Shown piece after piece: positions 1-6,972 of a stretch of DNA of 7,414 nt. Under the pieces are notes generated by a model. That model was given only the letters and a program-made list of their open reading frames with translations, was not told where the DNA came from and did not search any database. Numbering within the stretch: the stretch's first letter is position 1; each line of letters starts with the position of its first letter. The stretch comes from Amoebidium appalachense (taxonomy: Eukaryota; Protista; Ichthyosporea). The stretch lies in NCBI GenBank assembly GCA_963693365.1, contig CAVNZM010000110.1, forward strand, positions 1-7,414. Direction: 5' to 3'. The position numbers were made by a program, and so were the translations under genes.

Positions 1-150
1 GGGGGGGGGGGGGGTGTTGGACATTGTGTTCATAGAAGCTAGTTCTAGTGCACGTTGTTCCTTCTGTAAGTCAGAAATGATTGCATCTTGTGAGGCCAAC
101 CTCTGCTCCAGTAGTTGGACTAGTTGCTGCAACTGTAAGTTGTCAGACAT
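1..150 (-). CDS. Start of an ORF open to the window edge (MSDNLQLQQLVQLLEQRLASQDAIISDLQKEQRALELASMNTMSNTPPPP); coiled-coil-like, possibly a gag N-terminus
   Basis: Hand-translated: 50 stop-free codons from the ATG at 150-148, heptad-like L/Q/E pattern, about 113 nt downstream of a TATA box. Missing from the ORF track. Confidence 0.45.
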   Translation of the reverse strand, partial: MSDNLQLQQLVQLLEQRLASQDAIISDLQKEQRALELASMNTMSNTPPPP

Positions 151-1709
151 AGTGTCGTGTATGATGGGTAACTAGTCTATGTGTTTTGTGCACTGGAAAC
201 GACAGTAGAAAAGTGTAAATCAAACGTTCTGCTTCCCATGTTTGTGACATGGGAGGCACTGCTTTATATAGTCGTTGGCCACCTCATGGTGGCCTCGTGT
301 GCACCCTGGTGGTGGGCCATGTACAGCATGGCCGAAAAGAGAGCACAATGAAAACAAGTCGTTAAAGATATAAAAGTTAACTGTGCACGTTGAGTGGCTA
401 GTTAACTTGCACTAAAGCACACAAATAAACGTGTTTAACACACCAATTGCAGTTAAACGTAAATCTTGCTTCACACAACTAAAAATATTCTGAGAATATC
501 CGGGAATAAAGCACACTACCACTCTAAGAATAGAATCCTGTGGCAAATATAGACATGACATCATCTGAACCGGGAATATTAATTAATGAGCACAATTAGC
601 ACGTTGCTAGTGAAGCTCGTCATTGGTACAGTTTTGGCTCAAACATATAACTACCATATATGAATATGACCGTAAACAAAAGCTCTATGCACTCGAGTGA
701 GTGTTGAAACAGTTATTCAATTGCTCAGAAACTTTCTCTAACAGACATTGCTTGTTAATTTCTATAAGTATTTGGGATGTAAGCAGAGACACAGTGGTGC
801 AGTGTGAAAACACCACAGACACACACAACAACAAAACACGGAACGATCGGAGCAGTGTACACAACAGACATCAATGTTTAGACACGACTCCCCTGAATTT
901 ATTCTGATCTTCGAATAAATACCTGAAATTCCTCTAAGTCCAATCCATACATGATTTCCGACCAGTCGGAAATCAGATCCATCTCTAATAGAAACCAATC
1001 ACTAAGAACCAATTGCTTTCAGAGAGATCCGGTACGCGGAGGCGTACACGATAGGACACAGACACTAGTTAGGATCAACTCGTGTCATCATCAAGGAAGT
1101 TCTAACCTATGACATACTGCAAAGACTCAGACATATCACACTTAACCTTGATGATTGGTTAAAGCCCGGCAACACATGAAAACTAAAGTGAATTAATGAA
1201 GTCTAAACACACATGCTATTCTAAGTGTAGCCTAAGTGTGTTACCGTCCAATGAACACGTATTAAGTAACACAAATCTACCTAACATATATTAGTAGAAA
1301 AGAAATACGATTATACACATGAAGACAAGGAGAGAAAGAAAAGAAAATAAGGAAGGAGAAAGAGGAAGGAAAAGAGAGCACAGATCAACAAACAAGATAG
1401 TAATAGCATAACTATAACCAGAGATATTTATGTACACACGAACATGTACACGTCTCTCCCTGAGTGGGTGGATCCGTGTACACACATATAAATATTCTAA
1501 TCGATATTACAATACACGATTAAAGCCGATACAACACGATTACAAGTATACAAGCATATCGGAGATCGATGCTACACTTTACATAATAGGAGTGTGGCAT
1601 TTACACTAAGCATATGAACTGAAACATAACACAAACTGAGAAGATCTTACCATATGTAAATACTACGTATTACAACATTGCTAGCCGGGAGTACCAGTGT
1701 ACTCCAACA
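15..1709 (-). repeat. Candidate long 3' LTR of the copia element (~1.7 kb)
   Basis: Starts TGTTGGA right after the PPT and ends TCCAACA at 21-15 (7-bp terminal inverted repeats, same as the TRIM). AT-rich, with TATATAAA about 250 bp from the putative end. No second copy in the window to confirm it. Confidence 0.55.
263..270 (-). promoter_or_regulatory. TATA box (TATATAAA) in the candidate copia LTR
   Basis: Consensus TATAWAAA on the element's sense strand, flanked by several short inverted repeats. Confidence 0.5.
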
Positions 1710-1722
1710 CCCCTACTCAATT
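1710..1722 (-). other. Polypurine tract of the copia element (AATTGAGTAGGGG) abutting the LTR start
   Basis: Lies downstream of the RNase H stop and is followed directly by TGTTGGAGT. It is near-identical to the TRIM PPT/LTR junction. Confidence 0.8.
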
Positions 1723-1895
1723 GGATAATTGTGGTATGAATTAATGCAACTGAGCTCGAGTGCTTCAGGTGCACAAAATACAGACAATAAAGATTCCCCT
1801 ACTCAATTTTAGTATGGTACACGTAGTTGCACAGTCGGATGCAACTCTCTCCCCCCCCCTGAAGTATGAGGGCGCAGTTGGTTGATGACGGGTGC

Positions 1896-2627
1896 TCAGC
1901 ACATGTTGAGCATCCCCACGGCCTTGGTGAAGAAAGAGGCAGACAGGGCCTTGGTGAACATGTCGGCCTTGTTGTCAGCAGAAGCCACCGGGACCACAGT
2001 GATGTTGCCCAGCAGGTGATGTTCCTTGACGGAGCAGTAGCGGACGTCGATGTGCTTGGTCTTGGGCTTAACCCCCAGGGTGTCCAGCAGGGCCCGGGCA
2101 GACTCATTGTCCCCATGGATGGGCACCGGGGTGGGCTCATTGATAGGATTAAGGCCCAGGTCGTCCATCACATAGTTGAGCCATAGGGCCTCGTTCGTAG
2201 CAGCAGACATGGCCACAAATTCAGCCTCAGTGGAGCTGTGGGTGGTGATGGACTGGAGCCGAGACACCCAGGACACAGGGGAGGAGTTTATGAAGAAGAC
2301 ATAGCCCGTGGTGGAGCGCCGGGTGTCGCGGTCCTCGGCGTAGTCGGAGTCGGAGTAGCCAACAAGGTTGGGGGGGCCGGGACGGTAGACAATACCCAGG
2401 TCGATGGTGGCCAGCAGGTAGCTTACAACTCTGGTAGCCATAGTCCAGTGGGTGACGGTGGGCGCATGAATGTGTCGAGTAAGGACTCCCAGAGCCTGGG
2501 AAATGTCGGGGGCGGGTGGTACGCGCAATCCACAGCAGGGCACCGACCAGGCTGGCATAGTCCTCCTTCTTGCTGTAGGCTGGGGTCTTGTTGCTTTCAC
2601 TGGCCTGGCCCGGGACGATGGGGGTCT
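1896..2627 (-). pseudogene. pol: Copia pol fragment: RT C-terminus and RNase H, with a +1 frameshift near 2508-2512
   Basis: YASLVGALLWIARTTRP (ORF 2227..2730 frame) continues as DISQALGVL in the ORF 1896..2600 frame. RNase H motifs follow: GYSDSDYA, RRSTTGY, STEAEF, DNESA, KHIDVR, ADMFTKAL; TGA at 1896-1898. Confidence 0.93.
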
Positions 2628-3031
2628 TGTTGGAAGTAGAGTCCGCTGTGACTAGGGTCGTCGTGGCGCGCTTGGGCGCTGACCCGTTTTTTACTGCTTT
2701 CAGTGTGTTAACTCCATGACTGAACTCCATGACTGAACTCCATGACTGAACTCCATGTCTGCACCTGGCAGAGACGTGGTTTATATACCCGTGGGGCAGC
2801 AGTCTGGAATGTAATCCGGATGCCAGGCGCTAATCGGATTGGTTACTTTTATTTAGAGATCTCTGGGACCAGTGAACCAATCGTTTGCAGTCAAAACACA
2901 ATTGGCAACATTCCTCAACTATGCAGATGTGCATGTGGTGATCGAGGTTCAGTGTGTGTCTGTGTACACGGAACCAATTGTAAAGCTAACATACACATAT
3001 TGTGGAGTGAGCGTAAGTCTGCACTCCAACA
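2628..3031 (-). repeat. 3' LTR of TRIM copy 1
   Basis: TGTTGGA...TCCAACA termini. By eye it differs from 3334-3737 only at GAGGTTC versus GAGTGTC. Confidence 0.95.
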
Positions 3032-3044
3032 CCCCTACCCAATT
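3032..3044 (-). other. PPT of TRIM copy 1 (AATTGGGTAGGGG)
   Basis: Purine-rich run directly before the 3' LTR TG; also present at 5817-5829 and 6960-6972. Confidence 0.85.
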
Positions 3045-3318
3045 GGAGAAGTGTACACACCACTAGAGAAGAGAGAGTGAGTGTGGCTACTTGCAGGGTA
3101 GACCGGGGTGTGCATTCCACTGTGGTGCTTGCCCCGCCAATGAAGTGGAATACTTGACGTTGATGTCGCAGGCTGCTGCGGATGGAGTTTGTGGAAGCGA
3201 AAGTCTCTACTTCACGGAAATACGCTCGCGGGTGTAGGGTACAGCCTAGAAGTCGGGTTCTGGCTCCTCCGTTCAAGGCGTCGTAGGGGACGTGAAGTTA
3301 GAGGCCGCGGTGTCGTGT

Positions 3319-3333
3319 CTGGGCCCATAACCC
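3319..3333 (-). other. Primer-binding site GGGTTATGGGCCCAG (half-molecule tRNA-iMet type)
   Basis: Directly abuts the LTR and is complementary to the initiator tRNA-Met anticodon arm (CUGGGCCCAUAACCC), as in Drosophila copia. Confidence 0.9.
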
Positions 3334-3737
3334 TGTTGGAAGTAGAGTCCGCTGTGACTAGGGTCGTCGTGGCGCGCTTGGGCGCTGACCCGTTTTTTAC
3401 TGCTTTCAGTGTGTTAACTCCATGACTGAACTCCATGACTGAACTCCATGACTGAACTCCATGTCTGCACCTGGCAGAGACGTGGTTTATATACCCGTGG
3501 GGCAGCAGTCTGGAATGTAATCCGGATGCCAGGCGCTAATCGGATTGGTTACTTTTATTTAGAGATCTCTGGGACCAGTGAACCAATCGTTTGCAGTCAA
3601 AACACAATTGGCAACATTCCTCAACTATGCAGATGTGCATGTGGTGATCGAGTGTCAGTGTGTGTCTGTGTACACGGAACCAATTGTAAAGCTAACATAC
3701 ACATATTGTGGAGTGAGCGTAAGTCTGCACTCCAACA
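3334..3737 (-). repeat. 5' LTR of TRIM copy 1
   Basis: Direct repeat of 2628-3031, followed on the minus strand by the PBS. Confidence 0.95.
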
Positions 3738-5163
3738 GGTCTTGGTGCCGGACATGTGGGTGAGACGAAAACGGGCAGCCAAGTCGATGATGTGTTGACG
3801 ATGGCCCAGACGCAGAGACCCGTCCTCCAGCCAGGTAAGAGTGTGCCCGATGAGCAGGGTAGGACGACCCAGGTCCTTGGCAGAGAAACGAGCATCCAGC
3901 TTGGTGAAAAAATCGTCGATGAGCGCATCAGTGGCGGCCGTCACGGTGAAGTCATCCACGTAGGCAGCAAGGGCAATAAATGTTGGGGTCCCGGCATTCT
4001 TGATGAACAGGCACGGGTCAGCAGCACTCACAATGAAGCCTTGGTCGAGGAGATGGTCACGGAGGGCCTCATACCACTGGCGCGGTGCCTGTTTTAGGCC
4101 GTAGAGCGCCTTGTGGAGCAAGCCGACAGCGTGGGGGGCCGAGGGGTTGACGAAGCCAGGGGGCTGCTCAATGTAGATGGTCTCGTTGACGGTGCCGTTG
4201 AGGAATGCTGTGTTGACGTCGATGTGGCGCAGAGGCAGACCTTGGGCCACGGAGGTAGCCAAAACCAGCCGGATGGTAGCCAGCGCAGCCACAGGTGACT
4301 CGGTGACGAAATAGTCCTGGCCAGGCTGCTGGTAGTTGCCCCGGGCCACAAGCCGGGCCTTGAAAGCAGTGACGTTGCCGACGTTGTCCTGCTTGACCGT
4401 AAAGACCCAGCCGACCGGAATGACAGTGGAGCCATCCTCTGGACGGGGCACAAGGGTGAAGGTGCCGTTGTCTTCCAGGGCCTTGAGCTCACGGTGTGCA
4501 GCCTCCTCCCATTTCAGACGCTGGGGACTCTTGAGTGCAGCCCGGACAGTCTTGGGGACAACAATGGTGGAAGCCTTGATGGGTGTTGATGCAGGAGCCG
4601 TAGCCTGGGGGGCAAGGGGGGCCGTAGCAGCAGCCACGTTGGCAGTCGGGCATCGACGTTGGTCGTTGTACACAGCGCCACTACGGGTCGTCCGGGGGAG
4701 CCGATGTGCAGGCTCGGGCAGGATCGGAATGTCCAATTGATCACTCGGCGCTGTCCCATTGGCTGACAGACGAGACGAATCAGATTGCTGATCATTCCGG
4801 ACGATGTGATTGGCTGGCTGATTTGACGAATCAGATGACTCCAAAAAATGATGAATTGCCGGTGCGGTCGACCAATCAGATGGGACATCACGGAGGGGGT
4901 GCAGAATAGCAGCCTCGTCGAACTGCACGTCACGGCTGACGGTCATCTTGTGTGCTGCTGGAATCCAGACCTTGTAGCCCTTGATGTTAGGAGGGTAGCC
5001 CACGAAGATGCCCTTGACGGCACGAGGCGCCAGTTTCGGTGTATCCTGTTGATGGACGTAGCAGGGAGAGCCCCAGACACGGAGCCGGCTGTAGTCGGGA
5101 GGAATGCCGGTCCACAGCAGGGCGGGAGACGATTGGCTGCCGGTGGCTCGCGACGGGAGCATG
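3738..5163 (-). pseudogene. pol: Copia pol fragment: integrase C-terminal region (GKGY-type motif), linker and reverse transcriptase (RVT_2-like)
   Basis: Genuine part of ORF 3621..5453: MLPSR...PDYSRLRVWGSPCYVH...KLAPRAVKGIFVGY...KGYKVW...VSRDVQFDE (IN C-terminus); VPKT...WEEAAHRELKAL, FKARLVARG, HIDVNTAFLNG, LHKALYGLKQAPRQW and YVDD (3951-3962) are copia RT motifs. Both ends are cut by TRIM LTRs. Confidence 0.95.
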
Positions 5164-5609
5164 TGTTGGAGTGCAGACTTACGCTCACTCCACAATATGT
5201 GTATGTTAGCTTTACAATTGGTTCCGTGTACACAGACACACGCTGACACTCGATCACCACATGCACATCTGCATAGTTGAGGAATGTTGCCAATTGTGTT
5301 TTGACTGCAAACGATTGGTTCACTGGTCCCAGAGATCTCTAAATGAAAGTAACCAATCCGATTAGCACCTGGCATCCGGATTACATTCCAGACTGCTGCC
5401 CCACGGGTATATAAGCCACGTCTCTGCCAGGTGCAGTCATGGAGTTCAGTCATGGAGTTCAGTCATGGAGTTCAGTCATGGAGTTAAGTCATGGAGTTAA
5501 GTCATGGAGTTCAGTCATGGAGTTAACACACTGAAAGCAGTAAAGAAACGGGTCAGCGCCCAAGCGCGCCACGACGAGGGCCTAGTCACAGCGGACTCTA
5601 CTTCCAACA
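5164..5609 (+). repeat. TRIM LTR-A (446 bp, 7 x 13-bp units)
   Basis: TGTTGGAG...TTCCAACA followed by the PBS. Confidence 0.95.
5434..5524 (+). repeat. 13-bp minisatellite (C/A)AGTCATGGAGTT x7 in LTR-A
   Basis: Counted directly. Homologous arrays: 2710-2761 and 3416-3467 (4 units, minus), 6100-6164 and 6519-6583 (5 units), 7243-7333 (7 units). Confidence 0.95.
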
Positions 5610-5624
5610 GGGTTATGGGCCCAG
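5610..5624 (+). other. PBS (half-tRNA-iMet type)
   Basis: GGGTTATGGGCCCAG immediately after LTR-A. Confidence 0.9.
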
Positions 5625-5829
5625 ACACGACACCGCGGCCTCTAACTTCATTAGAGACTTTCGCTTCCACAAACTCCATCCGCAGCAGCCTGCGACATCA
5701 ACGTCAAGTATTCCACTTCATTGGCGGGGCACGCACCACAGTGGAATGCACACCCCGGTCTACCCTGCAAGCAGCCACACTCACTCTCTCTTCTCTAGTG
5801 GTGTGTACACTTCTCCAATTGGGTAGGGG

Positions 5830-6248
5830 TGTTGGAGTGCAGACTTACGCTCACTCCACAATATGTGTATGTTAGCTTTACAATTGGTTCCGTGTACACA
5901 GACACACGCTGACACTCGATCACCACATGCACATCTGCATAGTTGAGGAATGTTGCCAATTGTGTTTTGACTGCAAACGATTGGTTCACTGGTCCCAGAG
6001 ATCTCTAAATGAAAGTAACCAATCCGATTAGCGCCTGGCATCCGGATTACATTCCAGACTGCTGCCCCACGGGTATATAAACCACGGCTCTGCCAGGTGC
6101 AGAAATGGAGTTCAGTCATGGAGTTCAGTCATGGAGTTCAGTCATGGAGTTCAGTCATGGAGTTAACACACTGAAAGCAGTAAAAAAAACGGGTCAGCGC
6201 CCAAGCGCGCCACGACGACCCTAGTCACAGCGGACTCTACTTCCAACA
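5830..6248 (+). repeat. TRIM LTR-B (419 bp, 5 units)
   Basis: Preceded by a PPT and fused directly to LTR-C. Confidence 0.95.
6074..6081 (+). promoter_or_regulatory. TATA box in the TRIM LTR (TATATAAA; TATATAAG in LTR-A and LTR-D)
   Basis: Present in all six LTRs (2780-2787 and 3486-3493 minus; 5408, 6074, 6493, 7217 plus), 26 nt before the 13-bp array. Confidence 0.6.
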
Positions 6249-6669
6249 TGTTGGAGTGCAGACTTACGCTCACTCCACAATATGTGTATGTTAGCTTTAC
6301 AATTGGTTCCGTGTACACAGACACACGCTGACACTCGATCACCACATGCACATCTGCATAGTTGAGGAATGTTGCCAATTGTGTTTTGACTGCAAACGAT
6401 TGGTTCACTGGTCCCAGAGATCTCTAAATGAAAGTAACCAATCCGATTAGCGCCTGGCATCCGGATTACATTCCAGACTGCTGCCCCACGGGTATATAAA
6501 CCACGGCTCTGCCAGGTGCAGAAATGGAGTTCAGTCATGGAGTTCAGTCATGGAGTTCAGTCATGGAGTTCAGTCATGGAGTTAACACACTGAAAGCAGT
6601 AAAAAAAAAACGGGTCAGCGCCCAAGCGCGCCACGACGACCCTAGTCACAGCGGACTCTACTTCCAACA
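6249..6669 (+). repeat. TRIM LTR-C (421 bp, 5 units)
   Basis: Followed by the PBS; matches LTR-B apart from A-run length (10 versus 8) by eye. Confidence 0.95.
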
Positions 6670-6684
6670 GGGTTATGGGCCCAG
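6670..6684 (+). other. PBS (half-tRNA-iMet type)
   Basis: GGGTTATGGGCCCAG immediately after LTR-C. Confidence 0.9.
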
Positions 6685-6972
6685 ACACGACACCGCGGCC
6701 TCTAACTTCACGTCCCCTACGACGCCTTGAACGGAGGAGCCCAGAAACCGACTTCTAGGCTGTACCCTACACCCGCGAGCGTATTTCCGTGAAGTAGAGA
6801 CTTTCGCTTCCACAAACTCCATCCGCAGCAGCCTGCGACATCAACGTCAAGTATTCCACTTCATTGGCGGGGCACGCACCACAGTGGAATGCACACCCCG
6901 GTCTACCCTGCAAGCAGCCACACTCACTCTCTCTTCTCTAGTGGTGTGTACACTTCTCCAATTGGGTAGGGG

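Larger units (their letters stand above)
2628..3737 (-). mobile_element. Complete TRIM-like non-autonomous LTR retrotransposon, copy 1 (1110 bp)
   Basis: Two 404-bp LTRs, 302-bp internal region with PBS and PPT, and 5-bp TSD GGTCT (2623-2627 and 3738-3742). Removing it restores THMSGTK-TPIVPG in pol. Confidence 0.96.
15..5163 (-). mobile_element. Ty1/copia LTR retrotransposon, 3' half (IN C-terminus, RT, RNase H, PPT, 3' LTR), disrupted by nested TRIM insertions; gag, PR and IN core lie outside the window
   Basis: Domain order IN-RT-RH on the minus strand is diagnostic of Pseudoviridae. Stop codon at 1896-1898, PPT at 1710-1722, then TGTTGGAG LTR start at 1709. The left boundary (15) is tentative. 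Confidence 0.9.

Noticed and set aside
1-21. G14 run plus TGTTGGA as the PPT and LTR start of a plus-strand element
   Set aside because: Not excluded, but the TATA box, ORF, pol and the PPT at 1710 all point to minus orientation, and the window edge prevents a test.
701-1485. Short ORFs 701..907, 762..998 and 1291..1485
   Set aside because: Low-complexity translations of AC-rich and GA-rich LTR-like DNA with no motifs.
3300-3345. tRNA-Met gene, or a Cassandra-like 5S domain in the TRIM
   Set aside because: Only 15 nt of anticodon arm (the PBS) match; no cloverleaf or 5S A/C-box similarity is recognisable by eye.
3738-5163. RT flanked by inverted repeats as a DIRS-like, composite-transposon, retron or DGR system
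   Set aside because: The RT has copia motifs and continues in frame across copy 1 once the GGTCT TSD is resolved; the inverted repeats are independent insertions.
1799-5246. Alternative-frame and antisense ORFs overlapping pol
   Set aside because: Expected shadows of GC-rich coding sequence.
3621-5453. 610-aa ORF as an intact gene
   Set aside because: Roughly the first 96 aa come from antisense TRIM LTR-A and the last ~38 aa from the copy 1 LTR. It is a chance in-frame fusion around a pol fragment.
5434-5524. 13-bp array, or the LTR/internal alternation, as a CRISPR array or telomere
   Set aside because: No unique spacers and no cas genes; the array sits at a fixed internal position in every LTR.
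6612-6642. GCGCCAC in U5 as an auxiliary tRNA-iMet D-arm pairing box within a GGGTC/GACCC stem
   Set aside because: Matches of only 5-7 nt in GC-rich sequence, and the stem is disrupted in LTR-A; too weak to claim.
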